DNA from: Bacillota bacterium
Lineage (GTDB): Bacteria; Bacillota; Limnochordia; DTU087
Direction: 5' to 3'
Length of the DNA: 63,426 nucleotides
NCBI GenBank assembly: GCA_012799135.1
Contig: JAAZLW010000235.1
Location: 1 to 63,426, forward strand
Shown: piece by piece, positions 40,288 through 50,490 of the stretch
Layout of the letters: every line of letters starts with the position of its first letter
Numbering within the stretch: the first letter of the stretch is position 1
Notes under the pieces: model-generated
What the model was told of the DNA's origin: nothing
The model's database searches: none
The model's input: the letters and a program-made list of their open reading frames with translations, nothing else
Program-made: the position numbers and the translations under genes

Positions 40288-41247
40288 TTGAATTATCAGC
40301 ATGTACCGGTATTGGCCCAAGAGGTAATCGAGTTGCTTTGCTGGCGGCAAGGCGGAATCTATGTCGATGCCACAGTCGGTGGAGGAGGCCATGCCCGGCT
40401 GGTACTGGATGCGGTCGGGACTGAAGCAAGGCTAGTTGCTTTTGATCAGGATCCCGTTGCCCTAGATGCTGCCCGGGAGATGCTGCAAGACAAGGCAGAT
40501 CAGATTATCTTTATTGGCTCAAATTTCGTGCATCTATACAGCATCTTGACCGAGCGACAACTGTTGCCCATCGACGGAATTTTGTTCGATCTGGGAGTCT
40601 CGTCACCCCAGTTGGATGTGGCTCAGCGGGGCTTTAGCTATCGTTATGATGCACCACTGGATATGCGGATGGATCCACAATCAGCGGTAACTGCAGCACA
40701 CCTGTTAGCAACTCTTTCCGAGGAAGAGCTGGCCAAAATAATCGCTGAGTATGGCGAGGAACGCTGGGCAAAACGCATTGCCAAGTTTATTGTGCTAGAA
40801 CGGAAGCAATCCCCCATCACAAATACAGGGCACCTGGTGGATGTAATCAAGGCTGCGATACCGGCTGGGGCTCGTCGCCGGGGACCGCATCCGGCTCGCA
40901 GGACCTTTCAGGCATTGAGAATTGCAGTGAATCGGGAATTGGAGTTCCTCAAACAAGCTTTAGTCGATGCGGTAAAGGTACTTAGGCCCAATGGTCGCAT
41001 TGCAGTGATTAGTTTCCATTCCTTGGAGGACCGAATCGTCAAAGAGACTTTCAGTAGGTTAGCTGCTGGATGTCAGTGCCCACCGGATTTGCCTGTCTGT
41101 GTCTGCAACCGGCAGGCAGAGTTGGAGATTATTACCCGCAAGCCGATAATACCATCGGCTGCAGAAACCACCCAAAACCCTCGAGCCCGCAGTGCCAAAC
41201 TCAGAGTGGCACAGAAGGTTCTACCGGATGAAGGGGATGAATATTGA
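40288..41247 (+). CDS. rsmH: 16S rRNA (cytosine1402-N4)-methyltransferase
   Basis: TTG start. HVPVLAQEV, DATVGGGGHA, DLGVSSPQLD, FHSLEDRIVK. Confidence 0.95.
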   Translation: MNYQHVPVLAQEVIELLCWRQGGIYVDATVGGGGHARLVLDAVGTEARLVAFDQDPVALDAAREMLQDKADQIIFIGSNFVHLYSILTERQLLPIDGILFDLGVSSPQLDVAQRGFSYRYDAPLDMRMDPQSAVTAAHLLATLSEEELAKIIAEYGEERWAKRIAKFIVLERKQSPITNTGHLVDVIKAAIPAGARRRGPHPARRTFQALRIAVNRELEFLKQALVDAVKVLRPNGRIAVISFHSLEDRIVKETFSRLAAGCQCPPDLPVCVCNRQAELEIITRKPIIPSAAETTQNPRARSAKLRVAQKVLPDEGDEY

Positions 41248-41768
41248 TGGTACTGGCAGCGAAGCGTCAAGAGGCATATGAGGAAGTATGGGAGGCGCTC
41301 CCCCGTCATGAACAGCCGGTGCGCAAGCGTCGGCGGCGGTTACGCCTGCACCCCATGATTCTTCTGTCTTTGCTAGCGGTACTCATGGTGGTACTGACGG
41401 CTTTGGGAATCAGCCAGAAGATCAAGGCCATTGAACTGGAGTATCAGTTGCAGTCTTTGGAAGCCGAACTCAGCCAAGTGTAGCGTGAAGGGCAACAGCT
41501 TCAGCTCAAGGTAGAGCAACTGCAATCCCTAACTCATATTGAGAGTCTGGCCCGCAGCCGTTTGGGTATGGTGGAACCACAAGGAGCCAAGGTTCTGGTG
41601 TTAGTAGATTGGGATGCCTGGCCTGGTACCGAGCGAGCGAAGACCCCGGCGGATACGCGTACAGTCCTGGCAACACAAACCCGGCGCTTGTGGACTGCCA
41701 TCTATCAATGGGTAGGGGCACGGCTTCCCACGCTGGGTACAGCGGAAGCTGGGCTTTTACAGCGGTAG
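41247..41768 (+). CDS. ftsL: cell division protein FtsL, interrupted by an in-frame TAG at 41481-41483
   Basis: ATG 41247 overlaps the rsmH stop (TGATG). The N-terminal part has a TM helix plus coiled coil (IKAIELEYQLQSLEAELSQV). After the TAG, the same frame continues open with the conserved FtsL region REGQQLQLKVEQLQSLTHIESLARSRLGMVEP and ends at TAG 41766-41768. The track splits it into 41244-41483 and 41562-41768, which share one frame. Confidence 0.6.
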
Positions 41769-41837
41769 ATAATCTGATATTATAGACTGGGGCCACCCCT
41801 CCGGCCGGAGGCCGTAGGTCTGGTGGCTTAGTTTTTT

Positions 41838-43982
41838 ATGGTGTCGGGAGGTAAACCGGTGGTCAGGTTAACGGCAATGGAAGTCCGGAAACGGATCGCT
41901 GTGGTATTCCTGGGTGTCATGGCCTGTATTGGGGTGCTTTTTCTGCGTTTGGCCTATCTACAGGTTGCACAGAATCATTGGTATCAAGAGAAAGCTCTTC
42001 ATCAGAGAATGCGCCCTGTTCCGGTAGATGCTAAGCGGGGCGTTATTTATGATCAGAGTCTACAGAAGCTGGCGATTAGTGTAAGTGCCGACGCAGTCTA
42101 TGCGATCCCTGCTGAAGTGGATAAGCCAAAGGAAACCGCTCAGGCCTTAGCACCCTTGTTGAACACAGATGCTGCCTCCTTGGAGGAGAAGCTCACCAAG
42201 AAGCAGGCAACTGTCTGGCTGGCCCGCAAGCTGGATACCGAAACTGCCCGGGCGATTAGGGCACTGGATCTCGCCGGTATTGGTTTGGTGGAACGACCGC
42301 AGAGATACTATCCCCATGGTGAGTTAGCTGCCCAAGTTTTAGGGATCGCCGGTATTGATAATCAGGGACTGGAAGGCCTGGAGTTCTTTTATGATGAATA
42401 TCTGCGAGGAGTACCAGGTAGGGTCGTGATGGAGCGGGATGCCACGGGCCGCGAGATTCCGGATGGAATTAAGCGTTTTGTGCCGCCTGAGGACGGTGCC
42501 AACCTGGTCTTGACTCTGGACCATGTGATCCAATATGCAGCTGAGCGAGAACTGGCCCGGGCGGTTCAGGAAACCGGCTCTGACCAAGGTGTGTTTATTG
42601 CCATGGATCCCAAAACCGGCGGGATTCTGGCCCTTGCCATCTATCCATCCTATGATCCTAACAACTATACAGCACATCCTGTGCAGAATCGGCGCAATAT
42701 CGCCATCACTGATCAATATGAACCGGGTTCAACTTTCAAGATAGTGACCGCCAGTGCCGCCCTCGACGAAGGGGTTGTGACCCCTGGTACACGCTTCTAC
42801 GATCCAGGCTATATCAAGATCGGAGGGGTAACCGTCCGTTGCTGGCGGGCAGGGGGTCATGGTTCCCAGACTTTCGTCGAAGCTGTCGAGAATTCATGCA
42901 ATCCGGTTTTTGCTGAACTCGGGGCCGAGCGGTTGGGAGGCGAACGTTTCTACAAGTATATCCAACGATATGGCTTTGGTGCCCAGACCGGTATAGACTT
43001 TCCCGGCGAAGCAAAAGGTACGGTGCCGGTACCGGGCAAGGTGCAATGGGGGGAGGTTGCCCGCTGGGCCAATGTCGGTTTTGGCCAGGGGATCGGTGTT
43101 ACTCCTTTGCAGCTGCTTAGTGCAATGGCCACCATTGCCAATGGGGGTATAAAGGTCACTCCACACTTCATGAAGGAAATTCGGGACCGCAATGGCCGGG
43201 TGATTGAGCAATATCCTATTACTGGCTCCCGTGTACTCAAGGAAGAGACAGTGGCCGAATTTACCCAGATCCTGCGCTCAGTAATAGTAAACGGATCGGG
43301 AAGTAGAGCAGAGATTTCCGGTTACCGGGTGGCAGGAAAAACCGGGACCGCCCAAGTGGCAGAAGGTGGGAGATACACGGACCGGCGGATTTCGTCCTTC
43401 GTCTGGTTTGCACCGGCCGATGATCCCCGGATAGCGGCGCTAGTAGTACTATACTATCCAAAGGGTCAGACATATGGTGGCGTGATCGCTGCACCGGTAT
43501 TTCAGGCAGTAGTGGAAGACGCCCTAGAGAGGATGGGTGTGCCGCGGCGACAGGAACCGGCGCCTAGGTCTCAAGGGAACATTTTCCAGCAGAAAGACGT
43601 AAGTGTTCCCAATGTGATTAATTTCCCCCAGCAGGAGGCAGAGACTATTCTGCGACAGGCTGGTCTGAAATACCAATTCAACGGTGAAGGTAAGATAGTC
43701 TTCGATCAAGTACCGGCACCGGGGACTGAAGTCCCTTGGGGGACGATCGTCCAATTGCTGGCCTATAATGAGGTCGTATATGATGCAGGTGATAAACGGG
43801 TCACCGTTCCTGAAGTTGTCGGTCTGAGCATGCGAGAGGTGGCAGCGAAATTGGCTCACTCCGGTTTGAGGTTGCAGGTATATGGTTCAGGAGTGGCTGT
43901 TAAGCAGGATCCGGTCCCCGGAACCAAGGTTCCTTTGGACTTCATTGTTAAAGTCTTTTTTGAATCACCGACTTCGAATTGA
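41838..43982 (+). CDS. class B penicillin-binding protein with two PASTA domains (PBP2B/SpoVD/FtsI type)
   Basis: N-terminal TM segment, dimerisation domain, STFK, SCN and KTGT motifs, and two C-terminal PASTA repeats (VPNVINFPQQEAETIL..., VPEVVGLSMREVAAKL...). Confidence 0.93.
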   Translation: MVSGGKPVVRLTAMEVRKRIAVVFLGVMACIGVLFLRLAYLQVAQNHWYQEKALHQRMRPVPVDAKRGVIYDQSLQKLAISVSADAVYAIPAEVDKPKETAQALAPLLNTDAASLEEKLTKKQATVWLARKLDTETARAIRALDLAGIGLVERPQRYYPHGELAAQVLGIAGIDNQGLEGLEFFYDEYLRGVPGRVVMERDATGREIPDGIKRFVPPEDGANLVLTLDHVIQYAAERELARAVQETGSDQGVFIAMDPKTGGILALAIYPSYDPNNYTAHPVQNRRNIAITDQYEPGSTFKIVTASAALDEGVVTPGTRFYDPGYIKIGGVTVRCWRAGGHGSQTFVEAVENSCNPVFAELGAERLGGERFYKYIQRYGFGAQTGIDFPGEAKGTVPVPGKVQWGEVARWANVGFGQGIGVTPLQLLSAMATIANGGIKVTPHFMKEIRDRNGRVIEQYPITGSRVLKEETVAEFTQILRSVIVNGSGSRAEISGYRVAGKTGTAQVAEGGRYTDRRISSFVWFAPADDPRIAALVVLYYPKGQTYGGVIAAPVFQAVVEDALERMGVPRRQEPAPRSQGNIFQQKDVSVPNVINFPQQEAETILRQAGLKYQFNGEGKIVFDQVPAPGTEVPWGTIVQLLAYNEVVYDAGDKRVTVPEVVGLSMREVAAKLAHSGLRLQVYGSGVAVKQDPVPGTKVPLDFIVKVFFESPTSN

Positions 43983-44069
43983 GATGGTGGCACAGCACCC
44001 CATAAAATAGGTTTAGATGGGAGAAACTACATATTACGTTACAAATCTGGCAGATAGATCAGGGGTTGG

Positions 44070-45608
44070 TTGGCAGTGACAATAGACGAGCTGGCTCGTT
44101 GCCTATCACAAGTGGATCTCCGAGGTGATCCCGATACAAAGATTCAGGGGATCGCCTACGATTCTCGGCAGGTACGGCCGGGGGATCTGTTTGTCTGTAT
44201 TAAAGGCTTCCGTTTCGATGGCCATGCCTTTATCAGTGATGCTTTAGAGCGGGGAGCCGTAGGTTTGGTGGTAGACGACAGTAGTATGATCCCCAGAAGG
44301 GATCAATACTGTGGAGAGGAAGGCTTTGCTCCCGTTCCAGCTTCAGTGCCAGTACTCTACACTAAGGATACGCGCAAGGCTCTGGGCCTGTTAGGTGCCT
44401 GCTTCTATCGTTATCCTTCACGCAAACTGGGGCTAATCGGGGTTACCGGTACCAAAGGTAAGACCACCACCACTTACCTGATTAAATCTATCCTGGAAGC
44501 TGCAGGCCACAGGGTGGGTCTGATTGGCACTATTCAGAACGTGATCGGCAATAAATCACTGCCGACAGAACGCACCACTCCGGAATCGGTCGATCTGCAG
44601 TCTTTGTTTAGTCAGATGGTAGATGATGCCTGCGACTATGCTGTCATGGAGGTTTCCTCGCATGCCCTTAAACTGCAGCGCACGATCGGCAGTGAGTTTG
44701 ATATCGGCGTATTTACCAATCTCAGCCAGGACCATTTGGACTTTCATCCTAGTTTCCAAGACTATCTGGACACAAAGACCGGGTTTTTTGCGAATCTAGG
44801 AATAGAAGGTACCACAAAGCACAAGACAGCGATTCTAAACTATGATGAGAGGTACTGCGATTATATAAGGGAAAGGACCTCGGTCTCGGTGATCACCTAT
44901 GGTACCCGATCAGGCGCCACGTACAGGGCCAGGGATATTGCCATTGGGACCTCCGGGCTTACCTACAGGCTGGAACACCCTGGCGGCGAAGAGCTGATTG
45001 ACCTACCCATGACAGGGTACTTTAATGTCTATAATTCACTAGCCGCTTTATCTACCTGTCTGGCAGTGGGGATTGATTTACCGGTGGCAGTACGGGGTCT
45101 GGAAACGGCACGGCCAGTACCCGGCCGGTTAGAGCCGATAGAGCGGGGCCAGGATTTCACCGTATTAGTGGACTATGCCCATAATCCAGCTAGCTTGGAG
45201 AATGCTTTGGAGACGGTCAAAGGTCTTACGCGGGGACGCAGCATCGTCGTCTTTGGTTGTGGTGGAGATCGAGATAGAACTAAGCGTCCCCTGATGGGCG
45301 AAATCGCAGGTCGATTGGCAGATGCTGTGATAGTAACATCCGATAATCCTCGCAGCGAAACACCGGAGTTGATCTGTGAGGAAATAGGTGTTGGTGTGAG
45401 CAAGACCATCGGGGATAAGCCATGGGCAATAATTGTTGACCGGCATCGGGCGATCAAGCGGGCCGTACAGATGGCCGAGTCCGGAGATACTGTCTTGATC
45501 GCCGGTAAGGGTCATGAGCCTTATCAGATTCTAAAAGACCGGACGATTCATTTCGATGATAGGGAGGAGGCAGCCAGGGCCCTGGATGAGCACCTGGAGT
45601 CAAGATGA
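44070..45608 (+). CDS. murE: UDP-N-acetylmuramoyl-L-alanyl-D-glutamate--2,6-diaminopimelate ligase
   Basis: GVTGTKGKTTT P-loop and a DNPR motif (TSDNPRSE) indicating meso-DAP specificity. TTG start. Confidence 0.95.
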   Translation: MAVTIDELARCLSQVDLRGDPDTKIQGIAYDSRQVRPGDLFVCIKGFRFDGHAFISDALERGAVGLVVDDSSMIPRRDQYCGEEGFAPVPASVPVLYTKDTRKALGLLGACFYRYPSRKLGLIGVTGTKGKTTTTYLIKSILEAAGHRVGLIGTIQNVIGNKSLPTERTTPESVDLQSLFSQMVDDACDYAVMEVSSHALKLQRTIGSEFDIGVFTNLSQDHLDFHPSFQDYLDTKTGFFANLGIEGTTKHKTAILNYDERYCDYIRERTSVSVITYGTRSGATYRARDIAIGTSGLTYRLEHPGGEELIDLPMTGYFNVYNSLAALSTCLAVGIDLPVAVRGLETARPVPGRLEPIERGQDFTVLVDYAHNPASLENALETVKGLTRGRSIVVFGCGGDRDRTKRPLMGEIAGRLADAVIVTSDNPRSETPELICEEIGVGVSKTIGDKPWAIIVDRHRAIKRAVQMAESGDTVLIAGKGHEPYQILKDRTIHFDDREEAARALDEHLESR

Positions 45609-47053
45609 AACCCATATCTGTAGCGCAGATCACACAGTGGACCGGTGGCAAACAGCTAGAAGGCCATATTCCACAAAGTATAACTGGAATTTCCACAGAT
45701 AGTCGCACCCTGAAGCCGGGAGATTTGTTCATTCCCTTGCGGGGTGAGAGATTCGATGGCCATGACTTCGTGGCTGACGCTGTTCGCCGGGAAGCGGCTG
45801 CCCTGCTCATTGAGGAGCGTCGAGTGAGTGAATGTGTTGAAAAACGGCAGGAGATGGATCGTGGAAGGCAGCCGCTTATACTCGCAGTGCCTGACACTCT
45901 GTTGGCTCTACAGGCAATTGCTGCCGGCTATAGAAAGCAGTTTGACCACCCGGTGGTGGCCATTACGGGCAGCACCGGCAAAACGACGACTAAAGATATG
46001 ACGGCAAGCATAGTTGGTCAGCTGGGTCCGGTGCTTAAGTCACAGGAGAATTTCAATAATGAAATAGGGTTACCCTTAACCCTTCTGCAGATAGAGAGCT
46101 GGCATAGAACCGTGGTGGTAGAAATGGGCATGCGAGGTCCAGGGCAGATCCGGACATTGACAGAGCTGGCCCGACCGAGTGTTGGTGTGATTACCAATGT
46201 AGGGACTGTTCACCTGGAGCTCTTAGGATCGCAAGAAGCGATCCAGAAGGCGAAACAAGAGCTGGTGGAAACCATGGAACCCGGCGGGATAGTGGCATTG
46301 AATGCTGATGATCCCTTGGTTAGGGAAATGGCCTCAATGGCGTCAGATAAGCAGATCATCTACTATGGGTATGAGGGGGTCCAATGTGATCACGCTGGAT
46401 CCTCCAACACTGGGTACGTCACAGCCACCAATATCACCGCGCGTGGTGCCCAGGGAGTCTCTTTCCAGCTATGTTATGACGGTCACCGTGCCTGGATAGA
46501 CCTTCCCGTTCCCGGTGAATACCAAGTCAGCAACGCCTTAGGCGCTGCCGCTGCGGCTATGGCGGTAGGAGCCAGCCTTGCGGATGTTAAGGCAGGCTTA
46601 TCACAGGTGTCGCTTTCCGGGATGAGAATGGAGCTGATCCCCTGGTTGGACGAAGGCCTGGTGATCAATGATGCCTACAATGCTAACCCTACATCTATGG
46701 CCGGTGCACTCAAAACCGCCTATGAGATTGCTGCCGGTCGCCCTTTGGTCTTGGTGCTCGGTGATATGCTGGAGCTCGGTCACTTATCCACCAAGGCCCA
46801 TCGCGATATCGGCCGCCAGGCAGCAGATCTAGGTCCAGCTTATCTCCTTACTGTAGGTGTTGCGGCCAAAGGGATTGCCGAAGGCGCCCGAGATGCGGGC
46901 ATGCCTTTGGAGCGAGTAGTTCAGTGTACAGATCACAGCGAAGCCGGGCAAGTGGTCATTCAAATTGCCAGACCAGGTGATGTGGTCTTGGTGAAAGGGT
47001 CCCGGGGCATGGCCCTTGAACATGTAGTGCAGGCCCTTTGTGCTAAACTGTAA
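45605..47053 (+). CDS. murF: UDP-N-acetylmuramoyl-tripeptide--D-alanyl-D-alanine ligase
   Basis: 4-nt overlap with murE. ITGSTGKTTTKDM P-loop and a Mur ligase C-terminal domain. Confidence 0.94.
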   Translation: MKPISVAQITQWTGGKQLEGHIPQSITGISTDSRTLKPGDLFIPLRGERFDGHDFVADAVRREAAALLIEERRVSECVEKRQEMDRGRQPLILAVPDTLLALQAIAAGYRKQFDHPVVAITGSTGKTTTKDMTASIVGQLGPVLKSQENFNNEIGLPLTLLQIESWHRTVVVEMGMRGPGQIRTLTELARPSVGVITNVGTVHLELLGSQEAIQKAKQELVETMEPGGIVALNADDPLVREMASMASDKQIIYYGYEGVQCDHAGSSNTGYVTATNITARGAQGVSFQLCYDGHRAWIDLPVPGEYQVSNALGAAAAAMAVGASLADVKAGLSQVSLSGMRMELIPWLDEGLVINDAYNANPTSMAGALKTAYEIAAGRPLVLVLGDMLELGHLSTKAHRDIGRQAADLGPAYLLTVGVAAKGIAEGARDAGMPLERVVQCTDHSEAGQVVIQIARPGDVVLVKGSRGMALEHVVQALCAKL

Positions 47054-47077
47054 GAGATAAGGGAAGGAGAGGAAGGC

Positions 47078-48055
47078 ATGATTACTACAATACTCTACAC
47101 AGCGCTTTTGGCCTTTCTCATAGCTTTGGTAGTTGGGCCTCCACTGATCAGGTTCTTGCGTCGATTGAAATTCGGCCAGAGTATTAGGGTGGATGGCCCC
47201 CAATCCCATCTGAAAAAAGCCGGCATACCGACCATGGGAGGCATTCTGATCGTGGCTGCCGCTACGATCAGTACATTGCTTTTGACCAAGGGGCATGTTG
47301 CGGTACTCTACGCTCTCTTGGCGACCTTGGGGTTTTCCTTGATCGGTCTTGTGGATGATTTTATTATCGTCGTAGCCAAGCGGTCGCTTGGTCTGAGAGC
47401 TCGTTACAAGCTTCTAGGCGAGATTATCCTGGGTTTGACTGTGAGTCTCTATGCGTTGGCATCACCGGAGCTTGGCCCAGTCCTGCTTATCCCTTTTAGT
47501 GATCAAATCCTGGTCTTGCCCCCATGGATGTTTGTGCTGGTCGCTACCGGTGCATTAGTGGGAAGTGCCAATGCGGTTAACTTTACAGATGGCCTTGATG
47601 GCTTAGCTGCAGGTACCACAGCTGTTGCTGCTGTGGCCTATGCACTGCTTTGTATCGGCTTGGGTGAATGGGAGCTGGCTGCCTTTGCTGCTGCTATCGC
47701 CGGAGCTTGTCTGGGTTTTACCTGGTTCAATGCCCATCCTGCCCAGGTGATCATGGGCGATACCGGCTCTTTGGGTTTGGGAGCAGCCCTGGGGGCGTTG
47801 GCAATTCTGACTAGAACAGAGCTTTTCCTGGTGATTATCGGAGGGGTCTTTGTCATTGAAACCCTCTCTGTCATTCTCCAAGTGATATATTTCCGCCTAA
47901 CAGGTGGAGGTCGGATCTTCCGCATGGCTCCCTTACATCACCATTTTGAGCTGAAGGGATGGCCTGAGACCAAGGTGGTGTTTCGCTTTTGGATCATCGG
48001 CTTTGTTTTCGCCGTTTTGGGGTTAGCTGGATTTCCTGCAGTGCTGGGGTTCTAA
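47078..48055 (+). CDS. mraY: phospho-N-acetylmuramoyl-pentapeptide transferase
   Basis: KAGIPTMGG, NAVNFTDGLDGLA, MGDTGSLGLG, PLHHHFE. Confidence 0.97.
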   Translation: MITTILYTALLAFLIALVVGPPLIRFLRRLKFGQSIRVDGPQSHLKKAGIPTMGGILIVAAATISTLLLTKGHVAVLYALLATLGFSLIGLVDDFIIVVAKRSLGLRARYKLLGEIILGLTVSLYALASPELGPVLLIPFSDQILVLPPWMFVLVATGALVGSANAVNFTDGLDGLAAGTTAVAAVAYALLCIGLGEWELAAFAAAIAGACLGFTWFNAHPAQVIMGDTGSLGLGAALGALAILTRTELFLVIIGGVFVIETLSVILQVIYFRLTGGGRIFRMAPLHHHFELKGWPETKVVFRFWIIGFVFAVLGLAGFPAVLGF

Positions 48056-48077
48056 AGGTGGGGGAGGGTGAAGAGCT

Positions 48078-49172
48078 ATGTCCCGGGAGACTTACCGCAT
48101 GCCTGATTTGCTTTTGTTCGCCGCGGCTTTGCTGTTGGTGAGTCTGGGGCTGGTGATGGTGTTTAGCGCCAGTTCGGTTATGGCCATGGCAGAGACGGGA
48201 GATCCATTTCACTATCTTAAGAGGCAGCTGGTCGGTGTGGTTGTCGGTATGATAGGCATGCTGGTGATTATGCAGATAGACTACCGAATATACCAGCGGT
48301 TTGCCATTTTGGGTGTGGCCATAGCTTATATTCTCTTGATAACAGTCTTGGCAGTGGGGACAGATATCTCCGGTTCTCGGCGCTGGATTAATCTTGGCAT
48401 CATTAACTTGCAGCCCTCCGAGTTGGCCAAACTCGCCTTAGTGAATTTCGTGGCAGCCTATGCTGCCTCGCATCCTCAAGAAATGAAGAGTTTCTGGAGG
48501 GGTGTAGTCCCTCCTCTGCTGGTAACAGCAGGTTTTTTTGGACTTATCATATTGGAGCCGGACTTCGGTACAGCAGTATCCATGGCTGGAACAGCAATAG
48601 TCATGCTATTTGCCTGTGGAGCTAGGTTCGTACATCTTTTTCTATTGGCGCTTATGGCTATACCACTTTTTGGAGCGATAATCTGGCTGGAGCCATACCG
48701 GATGGAACGGATTCTCTCCTTTCTCGACCCCTGGGCCGACCCAATGAACACCGGCTGGAACATTATCCAGTCTCTTTTGGCCATTGGTTCCGGAGGACTT
48801 TTCGGCCTCGGTTTAGGTAGTAGCCGCCAGAAGTTTTTTTATTTACCTGAACAGCATACTGACTTTATATTCGCTATTCTCGGTGAGGAGCTGGGGTTTT
48901 TGGGCAGCATCATCACACTGCTCTTATTTTTTCTATTGGCTTGGCGGGGGTTTCGCATTGCTTTGCGGGCCCCTGATCTGTTTGGTTGCTTTATGGCGGT
49001 GGGAGTTACTTCCATGATCATCTTGCAGGCTGTACTCAATATTGGTGTGGTCAGTGGTATATTGCCGGTCACCGGTGTGACCCTACCTTTTATCAGCTAT
49101 GGCAGCTCCTCAATGGTAGTAACTCTAGCTAGTGTGGGTGTCTTGTTGAATATATCAAAACACTGCCGTTAG
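48078..49172 (+). CDS. ftsW: SEDS family peptidoglycan polymerase FtsW/SpoVE
   Basis: 10-TM SEDS protein (RWINLGIINLQPSELAKL, PDFGTA, LPEQHTDFIFAILGEELGF, LPFISYGGS-like LPFISYGSS). Confidence 0.92.
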   Translation: MSRETYRMPDLLLFAAALLLVSLGLVMVFSASSVMAMAETGDPFHYLKRQLVGVVVGMIGMLVIMQIDYRIYQRFAILGVAIAYILLITVLAVGTDISGSRRWINLGIINLQPSELAKLALVNFVAAYAASHPQEMKSFWRGVVPPLLVTAGFFGLIILEPDFGTAVSMAGTAIVMLFACGARFVHLFLLALMAIPLFGAIIWLEPYRMERILSFLDPWADPMNTGWNIIQSLLAIGSGGLFGLGLGSSRQKFFYLPEQHTDFIFAILGEELGFLGSIITLLLFFLLAWRGFRIALRAPDLFGCFMAVGVTSMIILQAVLNIGVVSGILPVTGVTLPFISYGSSSMVVTLASVGVLLNISKHCR

Positions 49173-49194
49173 CGTGATAGAGGGGTGAAAGCGT

Positions 49195-50325
49195 GTGCGT
49201 GTACTGATTGCCGCCGGTGGTACCGGTGGACATATATATCCAGGCCTAACCATAGCCAATGAGATCAAGGCTCGTTATCCTAGCTGCGAGATCACTTTTG
49301 TCGGGACCCAATACGGACTGGAGAAGGATATCATATCCCGAGCAGGCTATTCCCTGGAAATCATCTCGGTACAGTATTTCCGCAGAGCCTTGTCCTTGGA
49401 TCTGCTTAAGACCGGTATCATTGCTGTAAAGGGTTTGCGGCAATCCTTCAGGCTCCTAAGCGATCTACGACCAGATGTGGTGGTAGGTACAGGGGGTTAT
49501 GTGGCGGGGCCGGTGCTTCTGGCCGCTGCCTTGCTAAGAGTTCCGACTCTGATTCAGGAGCAGAATGCCCTACCTGGGATCACAAACAGAATTCTAGGCC
49601 GGTTCATGCGGGCTATTGCCCTCGGCTATGCTGAGGCAGCACGGTATTTTCCCAAGGATGGGCGGGTAGCAGTTACCGGTAACCCCATTCGGTCGGAAAT
49701 CACGGCCATGACTAAAGCCGAATCGATCAGACGCTTGCACCTACAACCTGACTGCCGTACCATCGTGGTATTTGGGGGTAGCCAAGGGGGCAGGAGTATC
49801 AATAAGGCCATGCGAGAGTTGGCTCCACGCCTGAATCGGGAGGCTCGGCTGCAAGTGATTCACCAAACAGGGAAAAAGAGCTATCAAGATATTGCTGAGG
49901 AAGTGCTAGGCAAAGACTCGGACGAGAACCTACCCCCTATGGTTCAGGATGGATGTATCAAGATCGTACCATACATCTACGATATGCCCGCGGCGTTGGC
50001 TGCCGCAGATTTAGTTGTAGGAAGGGCAGGTGCTCTGTCGATAGCGGAAATCACAGCTAGGGGCGTACCGGCCATTCTCATTCCTTTCCCCTATGCAGCA
50101 GAGAACCATCAAGAGAAGAACGCTCGGGTGTTGGAGAAAGCGGGGGCAGCCAGGGTCTTGCTGGATGAGTCGGTTAATGGTGAAAGCCTGGGCGATCTGG
50201 TTTTTCAGCTATTGGGTGATGCTCACCTATTAAGCGAGATGGCCGGGGCCAGCAGGAGCTTAGGGAAGGTGGATGCGACCCGAGTGATTGTCGATCGAAT
50301 CGTGGAGTTAGCTAACTGGTCATGA
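49195..50325 (+). CDS. murG: UDP-N-acetylglucosamine--LPS-independent lipid I N-acetylglucosamine transferase MurG
   Basis: GTG start. AAGGTGGHIYPG, EQNALPG, and a C-terminal GALSIAEITARGVPAILIPFPYAAENHQEKNA. Confidence 0.96.
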   Translation: MRVLIAAGGTGGHIYPGLTIANEIKARYPSCEITFVGTQYGLEKDIISRAGYSLEIISVQYFRRALSLDLLKTGIIAVKGLRQSFRLLSDLRPDVVVGTGGYVAGPVLLAAALLRVPTLIQEQNALPGITNRILGRFMRAIALGYAEAARYFPKDGRVAVTGNPIRSEITAMTKAESIRRLHLQPDCRTIVVFGGSQGGRSINKAMRELAPRLNREARLQVIHQTGKKSYQDIAEEVLGKDSDENLPPMVQDGCIKIVPYIYDMPAALAAADLVVGRAGALSIAEITARGVPAILIPFPYAAENHQEKNARVLEKAGAARVLLDESVNGESLGDLVFQLLGDAHLLSEMAGASRSLGKVDATRVIVDRIVELANWS

Positions 50326-50490
50326 TGATGTCTATCTCCCCTTATGAATGAGTATGGCGCGGGATATGCCGCGGTAAGACAGGGATATAGCCTGGGGGCG
50401 CACAATCTGAGACCCTTGCATACTATGTAGTATCCTTGCCCTGTTAGTCTGGAAAGAGAGAGGGAGGGCAAAGAGCGGATGGGGGTACAC

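Noticed and set aside
41481-41483. Pyrrolysine or genome-wide TAG reassignment as the explanation for the ftsL amber codon
   Set aside because: TAG terminates many clearly complete genes in this window (pheS, polX, tyrS, pgsA, prsW, yebC, ruvC, recO, dnaG, sigA, ftsZ and others). No pyl genes are visible. Treated as an unlikely explanation.
45454-45897. 147-aa minus-strand ORF across the murE/murF junction, plus many similar 60-190-aa antisense ORFs inside pheT, mutS2, ppdK, dnaG, the PBP genes, mraY, ftsW and murC
   Set aside because: All are embedded antisense or out of frame within strongly supported genes. They lack an RBS and any family resemblance.
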